DNA of 64,000 nt, from assembly GCA_951804945.1 (NCBI GenBank), contig OX638153.1:97712001-97776000 (forward strand). The letters are read 5' to 3'. The first letter of the stretch is position 1; every line of letters begins with the position of its first letter. The translations under genes were made by a program, and so were the position numbers. Below are positions 10,863-23,125 of this stretch, one piece after another. The notes below the pieces were generated by a model. The model had not been told where the DNA came from, made no database searches, and saw only the letters and a list, made by a program, of their open reading frames with translations. Source of the DNA: Podarcis cretensis (lineage: Eukaryota).

Positions 10863-11170
10863 AGTCCGTTTGTCTTAACTCATGCAAGAGCCCTCTTCTG
10901 TGCAAGCTCAGTTGCACCCTAACGTACAACAGAGAGAGTGACTAAGGGTGCAAGCAAGGGAGAGAGGCAGGAGGAGGGGCTGCAAGTGCAGTGGTAGGAC
11001 ACCTGCTTTGCATGTAGAAGGCCTCTGGTTCAATCCCCTGAGGGCACCCCTGGTTAAAAGGATCAGGAAGGAAGTAATAGGAAAGGCACGAGGCAAGTTC
11101 CTGCATTCACCCACAGCCATGCCCCACACTCCTGGGGAAGGGAAGGACTGCGGCGGGCAGGGGGCTTTAC

Positions 11171-11272
11171 CTGTTGCACAGCATCCTGCTCCAAGCTCTC
11201 TGGCTCCCACATCAGAGTCAGCTGTGGCTTCTTGCCCAGCTTCTGGAACTGGAAGCCCACCAGCGGCAGGGC
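11171..11272 (-). CDS. DIS3L2: DIS3L2 coding exon, 102 nt ([34 protein letters not shown])
   Basis: Acceptor cctcttgcag|GCC, donor CAG|gtaaag; phase 0/0; GKKP-LTL-WEPE matches the DIS3L2 S1 region. Confidence 0.94.
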
Positions 11273-11460
11273 CTGCAAGAGGAAAGAAGAGACCAGGAAA
11301 CATGCAGAACGGTGTGTGGGCATCGGGTGCTGGTGCAGCCGTTGTTACAGCGGCCATTTATTGCATTTACGTTATTCACATTTATTAGATTTCTATCCTG
11401 TCCTTCCTCCCCAAGGTCAGGAAACACACAAACAGGGCAACCATCAAAACATGCCAGCCT

Positions 11461-12008
11461 AGGACCCTCGTACCTATGGGACTGCCTCTCCCGGTATGCC
11501 TCGCGGAAAACCTTAAGGTCCATAAATAGCATCACCCTAGAAGTCCCGGGCCCTAAGGAAGTTAGATTAGCCTCAACCAGAGCCAGGGCCTTTTCAACAC
11601 TGGCCCCAGCCTGGTGGAACGCTCTGTCTCAAGAGACCAGGGCCCTGCAGGATCTGATTTCTTTCCACAGGGCCTGTAAGAAAGAGTTGTTCCACCTGGC
11701 CTTTGGCTTGGAATTAACTTGATCCCCTCCCCCTTTTTCCTTTTTCCTTCTGTAATGGAACTCCTATTTGGGGACTTCCCTGGCTTTTTTCTGGCCCACG
11801 TAGGACCAGTCTGGAAAGTTGGCTTTAGGGAAGCTTTGACGTTTTCATCCCCAAAAAGTTTTTGATTTGAGTTTCTACTGATATGAGGCTGCATTTTAAT
11901 GTTGTATTTTAATCTTGTTTTTAAGTTGTATTTTAATCAATTGTTTTTATACCTGGTGTTAGCCACCCTCAGCCCGGTCTTGGCTGGGGAGGGCAGGGTA
12001 TAAATAAA

Positions 12009-12054
<46 letters not shown>
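11461..12054 (+). mobile_element. L2 LINE 3' fragment (subfamily B) with (TTA)n tail
   Basis: Encodes GPSYL-DCL...RAFSTLAPAWWNAL...F; L2 terminus GGGAGGGC-GGGTATAAATAA. Confidence 0.85.
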
Positions 12055-12680
12055 TAAAGTGGGTGTTCTGGCTGTTGCATGATGGGACTTGTGGTCCTAT
12101 TCTTCTGGAAGGCACGTGAATGGTGAAGGCTGGGCAAGGCACATCCCTGGGATCTCAGGGAGCAGAGGGGTCTGGAATGGGCCAGGTGTATCTTCCTCAA
12201 GTGTTTTCCTGATTTCACCCACCGCCAACCACCCTGGTTCTGTGAGACGGCTCTTGCCAAAGCTCAGCATACGTGCAGAACAACCAGAGAAAGGCTGGCT
12301 GCTGGTTTCAAAGGGAATGGAGCCAGGAGTAATTTACCCTGGGATTCAGAGGATTCCCCCCCCCCATTCACTCCATTTCTGAAGTTCAGGCATGGCTGCT
12401 GATGCTGATGTTGCCAAAAGTGCAACACCCTACACAGGGGAGGAAGGTGTCAGCAAGCTGGAAAAATGGGGGGGGGGGCACATGCCTCAAAATAGCCCAA
12501 TGAGGACTGGGTGGGCTCAGTGGCCACAAAACACTGACTGACAGTTGGCGGAAACTGCCCCCCCCCACAAAAGCCCAGAAAACTGAACCAAACTGAGGAA
12601 ATGTAATGGAGTATCCAGGAATAGGGAATGGTCGACTGACTGGGACACTGAAGGGGAGCCTTTTTGCACTGCTGCAACAA

Positions 12681-13113
12681 CAACAACAACAACAACAATT
12701 TATACCCCACCCATCTGGCTGGGTTTCCCCAGGCACTCTGGGCCACTTCCAACTGAATATTAAAAACAATACAGCATCAGACATTATAAACTTCCCTAAA
12801 CAGGGCTGCCTTCAGATGTCCTTTAAAAATAAGAAAGCTGCTTATTTACTTGACACCTGATGGGAGGGCGTTCCACAGGGCAGGCGCCACTACCGAGAAG
12901 GCCCTCTGCCTGGTTCCCTGTAACCTCACTTCTTGCAGGGAGGGAAACACCAGAAGGCCCTCGGAGCTGGACCTCAGTGAATGATGGGGTGGAGACGCTC
13001 CTTCAGGTATACAGGACCGAAGCAGTTTAGGGCTTTAATGGCCAGCACCAACATTTTGAATTGTGCTCGGAAACGTACTGGGAGCCAATGCAGATCTCTC
13101 AGGACCGGTGTTA
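12681..13113 (-). mobile_element. L2 LINE 3' fragment (subfamily A)
   Basis: Reverse complement of the copies at 19134 and 21031; flanking TGCAACAA repeat; (CAA)n at the tail. Confidence 0.88.
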
Positions 13114-14080
13114 TGCAACAATTTGCTGCGGGCACCCCTTGCTTAAAATGTAATTAAAAGGGGATGACTAAAAGGGGATGTCTTTAATCGGATAGGCTGT
13201 CCCCAAGGTGAGCGACGGCTTATGAGACAAGAGAGTCTGCCTGTGTGCGTACAGATTCCATTTGCAATTAAAAAATAAATAAATCTTTCCTCTAAGTCCA
13301 GAGAGCTCTCTGTGCAAAGCACAGGAAACCCACAAACCCCAGGAGCCCCCATAACCTTGTAACTGGCAGAAGCGTCTACCTCTCACAAGTGCCAAAGAAC
13401 AGCGGACTGAGTGCCCGGTGCCCCTGAGCTCCCGTTTCCAAAGCTGAAATTAAAACCAAGGTCTCCCCGTTCCCTCGTTTGAAGAGGCAAAAGCCCTCGC
13501 CACGCCGCCTCTCCTCGGTTTTATGGCTGCTGCGAAGGGATAACGACCCCCCTTGGAAGGGTGTGATGGAGGGGCAGATGGCGGGCGGAGGAGTCGGAGG
13601 CACCCCCTTGAGGCAGCTGCGCTGAGGACGGTTCATTATCGAACGCCAAGGCACAAGAGCCCCCCAAACAGCAATTAGGGAAGGCAAACGAGCCGGGATG
13701 GCAGCAAAGAGGATTTACAGGGGACGGGGAAGGGAAGCTGCCCGGAGAAGACGGCTGCTGCGTCTCCAAGAATTGGAGAACTCCAGGATCCCCCCCAAAA
13801 CCCCTCAGACCCAGCGCTTGCTAGGAATGGCAACCTAGCCCTGGCTGTGTTCGACTAAGAGGCATGCCTCTCTCCCGAGTGTGTCTTATACACCAGCCCT
13901 GCCTCACTCCCATTTCACAGATGGAGGAGTGGAGACTGAGGAAACAGGCCTCAAAGAGAGCTAAGGGGAGAAAAGCGCAGCCCTTGAACCACGATGGGGC
14001 AAGACGGACTGCAGAAGCAGTTAAAGGGGCCCCTACTCTTTTTTCTTTTTTGAAATCATTTTTCTTTGATTTTACAAAGA

Positions 14081-14309
14081 ACCCATCGTTCTACCCGGAC
14101 ACTGAGGTCCAGCGCCGAGGGCCTTCTGGTGGTTCCCTCGCTGCGAGAAGCCAAGTTACAGGGAACCAGGCAAAGGGCCTTCTCGGTGGTGGCACCCACC
14201 CTGTGGAACGCCCTCCCACCAGATGTCAAAGAGAATAACAACTACCAGACTTTTAGAAGACATCTGAAGGCAGCCCTGTTTAGGGAAGCTTTTAATGTTT
14301 GATGCATAA

Positions 14310-14347
<38 letters not shown>
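14081..14347 (+). mobile_element. L2 LINE 3' fragment (subfamily A)
   Basis: Encodes RTLRSS-EGLL-VP...RAFSVVAPTLWNALP...FRRHLKAALF; (TTA)n tail. Confidence 0.88.
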
Positions 14348-14348
<1 letters not shown>

Positions 14349-14779
14349 TTAAACAATACCAAATATATATCCATATAAAGAGATTTCTCTAAATCTCGAG
14401 ACTCCCCCCCCATCCCCCCCACGGCTCCTATTGCCAACATTTTCTACTGTGTATTATTTCATAATCTCTATTGTATATCCATATTGTCCATAGTAACTGT
14501 AACATGACAAGTGAGCTTCGCCCCCCCCCCCCAGGCTATGGGACACCATCTGACAGGAACATCTCTTGCACAAGGCCCTTGGAAGAAGCTACTAGCAAAG
14601 ATGGCGTCAAAATGGGGAGGGGAGGTGGTTCTTAGTGCTAACAATTCAAAAACAATTATGTTCCTTGGCGTTCCAAATTCTGTAGCTGGGGGTGGGGGGA
14701 ACATCCTGAATTCTTCAACCTTTATGTGGGAAATGATACTTACTCAAATAACTTCTTATGTTATTTTATTTTATTATTA

Positions 14780-14984
14780 CAGTCATACCTTGGGTTACAG
14801 CCGCTTCAGGTTGCGTTTTTTCAGGTTGTGGACCGCCAAAACTCAGAAGTACCGGAACGGGTTACTTCCAGGTTTTGGCGGTCGCGCATGTGCAGAAGCA
14901 CTGAATCGCAACCCGCGCGTGCGCAGATGTGGGTTGCGAACGTGTATCCCACACGGATCACGTTCGCAACCCGAGCGTCCATTG
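14780..14984. mobile_element. Tc1/mariner (Tigger/pogo-like) MITE
   Basis: TA target duplication, imperfect TIRs CAGTCATACCTTGGGTT and AACCCGAGCGTCCATTG; CpG-rich interior. Confidence 0.75.
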
Positions 14985-15003
14985 TATTATTATTATTATT
15001 ATT

Positions 15004-15553
15004 TGTTGTTGTTTAGTCGTTTAGTCGTGTCCGACTCTTCGTGACCCCATGGACCAGAGAACGCCAGGCACTCCTGTCCTCCACTGCCCCCCGCAGCTTG
15101 GTCAGACTCATGCTGGTAACCTCGGAAACACTATCCAACCATCTCGTCCTCTGTCGCCCCCTTCTCCTTGTGCCCTCCATCTTTCCCAACATCAGGGTCT
15201 TCTCCAGGGAGTCTTCTCTTCTCATGAGGTGGCCAAAGTACTGGAGCCTCAGCTTCACAATCTGTCCTTCCAGTGAGCACTCAGGGCTGATTTCCTTCAG
15301 AATGGAGAGGTTTGATCTTCTTGCAGTCCATGGGACTCTCAAGAGTCTCCTCCAGCACCATAATTCAAAAGCATCAATTCTTCGGCGATCAGCCTTCTTT
15401 ATGGTCCAGCTCTCACTTCCATACATCACTACTGGGAAAACCATAGCTTTAACTATACGGACCTTTGTTGGCAAGGTGATGTCTCTACTTCTCAAGATGC
15501 TGTCTAGGCCTGTCATTGCCCTTCTCCCAAGAAGCAGGCGTCTTTTAATTTCG
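15004..15553 (-). mobile_element. BovB LINE 3' fragment
   Basis: 167-aa ORF 15013-15516 (TKVRIVKAMVFPVVMYGSESWTIKK...) is the BovB ORF C-terminus; (CAA)n tail. Confidence 0.95.
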
Positions 15554-15847
15554 TCTTTTAATTATTATTATTACTACTACATAAAATTAATGCACCAGCT
15601 GACTGCGTTCTCCAGGGATCATAGGAGTACCTGGGGCCTGCAAGGAGCTGCAGATGCTGCTGGCACAGGCCTGCTTACAAACTGCCTCTCTGCCCAAGGA
15701 GCCCAAAGACGTACGACGCAGGGAGATGATAAGCAATCAGGCAGCACAGCACAGTTAAATCAAAAATCTATACCGAGTTAAAAACATTCAAGCCAATGTC
15801 ATGATTGGATCCATGGGCGCCTGCACGGCTGGGAGAGGGAGACTTAC

Positions 15848-15952
15848 GTTACAGTAGATCCGCTTCTGGACGCCAAACCTCAGAACCAGGACGTCAAAGG
15901 CTTCATTGAGGACGCCCATCACCATGGCCTCCGACTCCAGGGGGCCGCACTC
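15848..15952 (-). CDS. DIS3L2: DIS3L2 coding exon, 105 nt ([35 protein letters not shown]), start of the S1 domain
   Basis: Acceptor cttcccag|GAG, donor AAC|gtaagt; phase 0/0. Confidence 0.96.
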
Positions 15953-16126
15953 CTGGGAAGGGAGACAGGGAGGGTGTGCTAAGCAGAGTGGACACAAGAC
16001 CCTCCTTCCTAGCGGGATATTGCCCAGCCACAACAGATACGTGCTGTGCAAAAGACCCAAAGAAAACGGGAGGGAGAAGCCTATAGGGAAGCCCCCGCCA
16101 CACCCCCAAGGGCTGCCCCGCCTCAC

Positions 16127-16257
16127 CTTGACAAAGACGGCAAAGAAGAGATCGGCACTGAGCTCCTGCACCCGCTTGGAAGCCATTTTCCTGTCGTTGC
16201 AGTGCTCAGCCTGCTTCTGGATATCGGCCTCCTCCATCCTTGGGGCAGGGCCATCGC
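16127..16257 (-). CDS. DIS3L2: DIS3L2 coding exon, 131 nt ([44 protein letters not shown])
   Basis: Acceptor ctttttccag|GC, donor AAG|gtgagg; phase 1 matches the previous exon; [14 protein letters not shown] motif. Confidence 0.96.
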
Positions 16258-16815
16258 CTGGAAAAAGGGGTTGTCAGAAGAGGCAGAGGGAGCAGCAGCC
16301 TGCTCACCCGCTTTGGGGCTGCAGGGACTGCGCTGTGTCTGAGGCCAAACCAGGAGGTGGGGGACTGCGGCTTGGATCCCAACTTGCTTTTCCGTTAACA
16401 CAAGGGCTTGCGATTTCTGCCAAACACCTCCCCGTAAGAACATAAGCAGAGCCCTGCAGGATCAGGCCAAAGACCCATTTAGTCCAGCATCCTGTTCCTA
16501 CAAACAGGATTGGAGCACAGGAGCCCCCTACCCTCCTGGCTAGTAGCCGGAACATGAGGGGAGGCAAAGGGGTTGTCATCCTAATTCCCCCTCCGCAGCC
16601 CCCAAATCATCTTCCCGGCTGAGTTCTACAAGAGCAACCCTAAGATGCAGGAGGAGGACACCAATAGGAAGCACCACCCTGGGCAGGATGCCACCCTCGT
16701 TGGTGTGACCCAGCAGGGCGGGTCATGCAGTGGCCCAGTCCCTCTCCCTTCTCCTGAGCAGCCCCGCCTGACCCCAGGGAGGGGGAGCTGGGGGCATCTC
16801 CCCAGGGAAACCCAC

Positions 16816-16963
16816 CCAGGGAAGCAGAGAGCAGTCGGTGCACCATGATGTCCGGGTAGCGGCGGATGGGAGACGTGAAGTGGGTGTAGAGGGGCACGTT
16901 GAGGGCGTAGTGGCGGAAGAGGGTCTCGTCCTCCAGGGTCCCGGCACAGAAATACACAGCCAT
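16816..16963 (-). CDS. DIS3L2: DIS3L2 coding exon, 148 nt ([50 protein letters not shown])
   Basis: Acceptor ctcctcgcag|ATG, donor G|gtgggt; RNase II family signature [13 protein letters not shown]. Confidence 0.97.
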
Positions 16964-18441
16964 CTGCGAGGAGAGAAAGGAGGCGGGTCAGAGCTCTTGC
17001 AAGTGGGGGGGGGGGGACCAAAAAGGCAGAACAAGGGCCAAAGAGGGGGCACGGTCACACAAGTGGCTCCCTAGGACAGAGCTCTGTGATCCACACGTGG
17101 TGGTGGAAATGTCTCCATTTCCTAATGTCAAGGGGCGAGCCGGCAGTAAATCACACCGTTCAAAGTTGGAGTTAACTCTTTATTAGCAAAAGCACAATCT
17201 CCGCAGACTTGGCTGGGTGTCAAGCCTAAAGAGGACAGCAACTCATCCCCACGAATCAAGTTGCCGAGACTGAAAAAGTCGCCTCGCCACAGCCCTCACC
17301 CCTAGGGCTTTTTCCAAGCAACTGGAGACTGCGCCCGCATGAAGCCTGCTGCTGCCCTGCCCTTTTCATGCCTCTTCTGGTTCTGGGAGACCAGTGGGGA
17401 GGAGAGCTTGTTGCAGCAGGAGGGGGAGACACTTGTGACTCTTCACCAGCTGGACTCATCTCTGCCTCTTGGCCTCACCTGTTCCCCTTGCCTGCTTCAG
17501 TTTCTCCTTCCAAGTCTGGACTTCTCTTTGCCACTGTCATCCCACCACCACTCCCTGGGCTCTGAGCCTTCTTCACTTGGGGGTTCCCCAGCTGGTGCCT
17601 CTTACCAGGAGTGCCAGCTTGGCCCTGTGACCGTGGGTACCTGGGTCCGTTGGTGCCATGCAGCATGCATGGCCCTGGCACTGCAATTTGTGGGTGCCCG
17701 GTCCCTTCATGGGGAATTTTGTGGGTCCTCAGGCACCCAGGACCCCAGGGAGTTGCCCCCCCCCACCATTTCTCTGTGACCAACCAGTCTGTGACACCTA
17801 ATAGATTAATGCAGCCCTTTCCCAACCTGGTGCTCTCCAGTGATTTCATTGGCTGGGGTTGATAGGAGCTGTGGTCCAAAATCATTGGACAGCACCACAT
17901 TGGAGAAGGCTGGATTAGTGCCTGGAACAGGATTCACCCCACCCCACTCTGCCCCACCAGAAAAGGGCTTGAACACCTATCTCTTTTCTGACAGCTTTTC
18001 CTCCTCCGCCGTCTTGCCATGCTGACAACTGACTGACAACTGCCAATCAAGCATTTAATGAAGCAGAACAGCTACCGCCTCTTCCTTTCTCGACATGCCT
18101 GCTTTTGGAGAACGGACGCTCAAGGCAAGGAGGCGGCTGGATATTGTTAAGCACTTGCTAGCTGCCATTGCTGCACTAATGGTTAGGAAAGGGAAGGGAA
18201 AAAGGAAGCTGCACGTTGGGTTCTCATCCGTGGGATTAGCAGTGGAGATGTTAACTGAGTGCAACCTCCTCTGGCTGAGAGACTGAGTTGGGGACTCACT
18301 TCTTCATCACCTTTGTCGTCCTTACAACCCTCCTGCAAGGTGGGCCCAGGTAGGTTCATAAGGCTGTTAATGGCTGCTAACCGTGATGGCTCTACTCTGC
18401 TTCATGAATGCTGGAAGATTCAGGAGAGACAAAAGAGAATA

Positions 18442-18668
18442 CAGTGGTACCTCAGCTTACGAACTTAATTCGTTCCGGAGGTCCGTTCTTAACCCAAAAC
18501 CGTTCTTAACCTGAGGCGTGCTTTCGCTAACGGGGCCTCCTGCTGCCGTGGGATTTCCGTTCTCATCCTGGGGCAAAGTTCGGAACCCGAGGTACTACTT
18601 CTGGGTTTGCGGAGTTAGTAACTCGAAGCGTTTGTAACCCGAAGCGTTTGTAACCCGAGATACCACTG
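18442..18668. mobile_element. Tc1/mariner (Tigger/pogo-like) MITE inserted in an old CR1 fragment
   Basis: TIRs CAGTGGTACCTC and GAGATACCACTG with TA on both sides; the flanks rejoin into CR1-like sequence. Confidence 0.85.
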
Positions 18669-18879
18669 TACTTCTTCACAAAACACATTATGAAACTGCG
18701 GAACTGGCTGCCACAAGAGGCAATGATCACCACCAACACAGATGACTGGACAGATTCGTGGAGCAGGACACTCTTGTACCAGCTACAATGGCTCTGCTCT
18801 GCTGCCACAGCTGGAGGCACGGGGGGGGGGGGGGAGAGGGCTCTGGGGCTCGGATCCTGCTTCTGAGTTACTTACAGAA

Positions 18880-19040
18880 ACTGTCTCCCTCCCTCAGGAA
18901 GTTGTGGACTCTCCTTCCTTGGAGGTTTTTAAGCAGAGGTTGGATGGCCATCTGCCACGGATAATTCAGCAGAGATCTCTGCATTGCAGGGGATTGGTTT
19001 AGAGGACCCTTCGAGTCTCTTCCGACTATCTGATTTGATG
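18880..19040 (+). mobile_element. Older CR1 3' fragment
   Basis: Encodes LPQEVVDSPSLEVFKQRLDGHL followed by a CR1-type 3' UTR. Confidence 0.8.
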
Positions 19041-19133
19041 TTCTGGGTAGCCACTGTGAGAACAGGAAGCTGGACCAAGTGGGTCATTGGCCTGTGGGGT
19101 TATTCTTGTGTTCTTAGCCCTGCCTCGTAAATT

Positions 19134-19461
19134 ATACCTGAAGGAGCGTCTCCACCCCCATCATTCTGCCCGGACGCTGAGGTCCAGCGCCGAGGGTCTT
19201 CTGGCGGTTCCCTCATTGCGAGAAGCAAAGCTACAGGGAACCAGGCAGAGGGCCTTCTCGGTAGTGGCGCCCGCCCTGTGGAACGCCCTTCCAGCAGATG
19301 TCAAAGCAATAAACAACTACCTGACATTCAGAAGACATCTTAAGGCAGCCCTGTTCAGGGAAGTTTTTAACGTGTGATATTTTACTGTATTTTTGCTTTC
19401 TATGGAAGCCGCCCAGAGTGGCTGGGGAGGCTCAGCCAGATGGGCGGGGTATAAATAATAA

Positions 19462-19508
<47 letters not shown>
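19134..19508 (+). mobile_element. L2 LINE 3' fragment (subfamily A)
   Basis: Encodes YLKERL...ALWNALP...FRRHLK; terminus GGGCGGGGTATAAATAA plus (TTA)n. Confidence 0.9.
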
Positions 19509-21030
19509 AGAAGGGGCGGCTGAGAAAAGAAACCCCTCTTCTCTTCACCCCTCCTTCTGAAATGGGGGTCCAGGAGTGGAGAGTAATAATGCAAGAGTGA
19601 TCTACCTAACGGAAGAGCTGTTTGAGTGACAGAGCTAACATATAAATGAAAAAATAAATAAATGCAGCATCAGCAGCAAGTATTATTAGGATGAAGGAAA
19701 CAGAACGTCAAAATGGGTCGTCTTTCTCCAGAGTTTTAGGCCGGCAATGTTTCTTCTCTCGTGTTGCCAAACTCAGGAGCGTGACCTCCTTTTGCAGCCA
19801 GATTTGTCCGAGGCAAAGGAGGCTGGAAAAAAGGAAAGCAGGAGGGACGGCTGGGCCTGTGAAGGGGCAAGGCAAGCCCAGGTGATGGATGGGGCAGGGG
19901 GACCAGGCAAACGGTTGAACAGATGGGCTTGCGCGTCACGGAAGGATTTCCGCTGGGGCTGCCATGGGCCTCGAAGCGAGGGAGTCGGAGCCAGGGGATC
20001 GGCCTTTTTCGGCACCCCAAATCCACCTCGGAGCGGTCCAAGGTCCCCTCGACCTTGTTTGCGGAGCACAGCTTCCTGCCGGCAGGGTTCCTGCGCAGCC
20101 ACACACGCACAGGCGCACACCTGCCTCTCTCGCCGTCCGCAACGGGAGTCATCCTTCATCTCCTGATGCAATCACTCACGGAGACCGAGCGAAGGACTTG
20201 GCACCGTGCGTTTCCCCCTCCCGGCAGCTTTCGATCTAAAGATCAGCCCCGTAATAAATCAAGGCCCACTCAGCACAAACCGCCTTCCTCTGTGGAAAGG
20301 CGCAATCTCCTCGAGACGGCTGCCTAAACCACAGGAGGTCAGGCTGCTTTGCTCCGGGGCTTTGGATAAACACGGCAAAACCCCTGCCATGGGGAGGCCT
20401 GGGCAGAAGGAAGCAGTTTCCAAACGCTGATATTCCCATGAGGAAGTGGGACACAGCCACACACCAGGAGCCGGGATCTAGACTGACCCCATTTCTGCTT
20501 CGGTTCCTGAGTTTCTCATGCTGGGCAGAGTCCCCATGTTGTTGTTTTCCCTACCCCACACCCACCTCCATTGGAGGGGAGGCTGGAACCCACAAGGAAG
20601 GTGTCCCTGACTGAGACCCCAGTGAGCTGCTTCCGGTCAGTGCTGGCAATGCTGAGCTAGATCAACCAATTGTCTATCTCAGTGTAAGGCGGCTTCCTAG
20701 GCTGTGGCTACCGCCACTCCTTGTGGCAGTGAGTTCCGTAAGCTAATCAGTAGAAAAATAGCCCATTTAGTCTCCACCAGGATTATTGTGGGAACTTAAG
20801 AGATGAACAAGCTTATAGAGGTGTGCACTTTCATGGGTTGTTGAAAAAATGAATCCACACGCATGGTGGGCTTGATTAGGCACTGTCTAAAGAAACTGGG
20901 GAGGCAGAAGGGAGAAGACTGGGAAGAGGAGGCACGGAAGCTGAAGGGGCTACAAGGCAACTGATTTCATGGAGCAAAACCCACCAGGGATGAGCTGCTG
21001 GGCTCAGTGGGCCTAACACTCAGCCAAATC

Positions 21031-21497
21031 TGTGCGGCAGCCGGACTGGTGACTGGGGGCGGCCGCCGAGACCACATAACACCGGTCCTGAGAGATCTGC
21101 ATTGGCTCCCAGTCCGTTTCCGAGCACAATTCAAAGTGTTGGTGCTGACCTTGAAAGCCCTAAACGGCCTCAGTCCTGTATACCTGAAGGAGTGTCTCCA
21201 CCCCCATCATTCTGCCCGGACACTGAGGTCCAGCTCCGAAGGCCTTCTGGTCGTTCCCTCCCTGCGAGAAGCCAAGTTACAGGGAACCAGGCAAAGGGCC
21301 TTCTTGGTGGTGGTGCCCGCCCTGTGGAACACCCTCCCACCAGATGTCAAAAAGAGAAAAACTACCAGACTTTTAGAAGACATCTGAAGGCAGCCCTGTT
21401 TAGGGAAGCTTTTAATGTTTAATAGATTATTGTATTTTAATGTCCTGTTGGAAGCTGCCCAGAGTGGCTGGGGAGACCCAGCCAAATGGGCAGGGTA

Positions 21498-21537
<40 letters not shown>
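21031..21537 (+). mobile_element. L2 LINE 3' fragment (subfamily A)
   Basis: Encodes HITPVLRDLHWLPVRFRAQFKVL, typical of the L2 ORF2 C-terminus; (TTA)n tail. Confidence 0.92.
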
Positions 21538-21540
<3 letters not shown>

Positions 21541-21641
21541 CTGCTATAAAAAGGAGTTAACTCCAACTCTGAACTGTGCGAGATTTACTTTTGCTCTGTG
21601 ACATGGACATAGGTGGCAGTGACTGCAGGGCTGCCACTTAC

Positions 21642-21728
21642 TTGCATGGGGCGGGAGAACATGTTGGTCAGCACTTCCTTTCTGGCCTCGGCATATTTGT
21701 CAGATCCAAAGGTTTTGTTCAGGCTTTC
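21642..21728 (-). CDS. DIS3L2: DIS3L2 coding exon, 87 nt ([29 protein letters not shown])
   Basis: Not in the ORF track; read by hand. Acceptor ttctcgccag|GAA, donor CAA|gtaagt; phase 0/0; peptide matches the DIS3L2 segment ending RPMQ. Confidence 0.95.
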
Positions 21729-22432
21729 CTGGCGAGAAGAGAAAAGGAAAAGATCTCAGACAGCTGATGTAGCATCATGTCTAAGCCTGGGGGGCGGACG
21801 ACCACAGGCCCTCCAGAAGTTGCCTGACTACTTCCATCCTTCCTGACCCTTGGCGACACCGGCTGCTGGAGTGCAGCGACATCTGGAGGGCGTCAGGTTG
21901 GGGAAGGCTGGTCTAAGAGAATGAGCCTGGGATCCCTCAAGCCTGGCCTCTATTATGAACTCAAAAGGCAGCCTTTTAATGGGAATCTCCTCCCCGCCAC
22001 CTTGGGCATTAATAATACTGATATTAATTACACAGCGATCATCGCTGCAAGCATAATAACAGGCACCGCTTGCTCTCGCCTCTCTTGCAAAACGTGCTGC
22101 CGGCAGCCATTTCTCCAAGTGTCAGGAAATTCTAAAAAGCAGCACGGCACAGGGAGATTATTAGCCACTGAAAAACCCTTACAAGAGTCATTATTACTAT
22201 TATTATTAATTGATGTAGCACTTTGTGCCAAATGTAGTTTGCAAGCACGAAAACCAACTGGGCACACATTAAAATATAGGCATCCATGATTAAGATACAC
22301 AATAAAACAATCCATTTTTTTGAAAAATAAAAAAGTTGTCAAGTCTAGGGAGAGGCAGCCGCATTTCTCCCCCCCCCCCCCCCCGAGCCCGCAGAGGCCC
22401 TGGCTCTCAGCATGTCCCATGCACAGACTCAC

Positions 22433-22616
22433 ATGCAAGGCCTTGGCAGAGCTGCAGTCTATCTCCAGGCCCATCTGGCTGCAAAAATCCATGAGGTCTT
22501 TGAGCATCTTGCTCTGGGGCGGAGGATGACGGCGAAGCAAGGCCTTTGATGGGAAGGAGCGGTGCATCTGGTGGGCGACGGCCATGTTTGCCAGCAGCAT
22601 AAACTCTTCTACCAGC
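22433..22616 (-). CDS. DIS3L2: DIS3L2 coding exon, 184 nt ([61 protein letters not shown])
   Basis: Acceptor ccactccag|G, donor CAT|gtgagt; RNB-domain motifs EEFMLLAN and LRRHPPP. Confidence 0.97.
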
Positions 22617-22787
22617 CTGGAGTGGAGGAAGGAACCCTTAGGACAGTGGCTCTCAAAGGGAGAGAGGGGGTAGCAGGAGAGGGTGGCAAGGGTGGCAGGA
22701 AGATTCAAGGGCAATCAAAGAAACAGGTAAGCATTTCACTGTAGTAAAGCACAGCACAGCACAGTATAGAAATAATCTTTCTTTTTA

Positions 22788-23125
22788 GTGGTTTTGGGTT
22801 AAACTACAGAGCCTAGGGCTTGCTGATCGGAAGGTCGGCGGTTCGAATCCCCGCGATGGGGTGAGCTCCCGTTGCTCGGTCCCTGCTCCTGCCAACCTAG
22901 CAGTTTGAAAGCACGTCAAAGTGCAAGTAGATAAATAGGTACCACTCTGGTGGGAAGGTAAACGGCATTTCCGTGCACAGCTCTGGTTCGCCAGAAGCGG
23001 CTTAGTCATGCTGGCCACATGACCCGGAAGCTGTACACTGGCTCCCTCGGCCAGTAAAGCGAGATGAGCGCCGCAACCCCAGAGTTGGTCACGACTGGAC
23101 CTAACGGTCAGGGGTCCCTTTACCT
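22788..23125 (+). mobile_element. Sauria SINE, slightly 5'-truncated
   Basis: Reverse complement of 7761-8111; B box GGTTCGAATCC. Confidence 0.92.

Noticed and set aside
22028-22714. 228-aa ORF as a single-exon gene
   Set aside because: Only 22433-22616 is DIS3L2-like and bounded by splice sites; the rest is intronic read-through.
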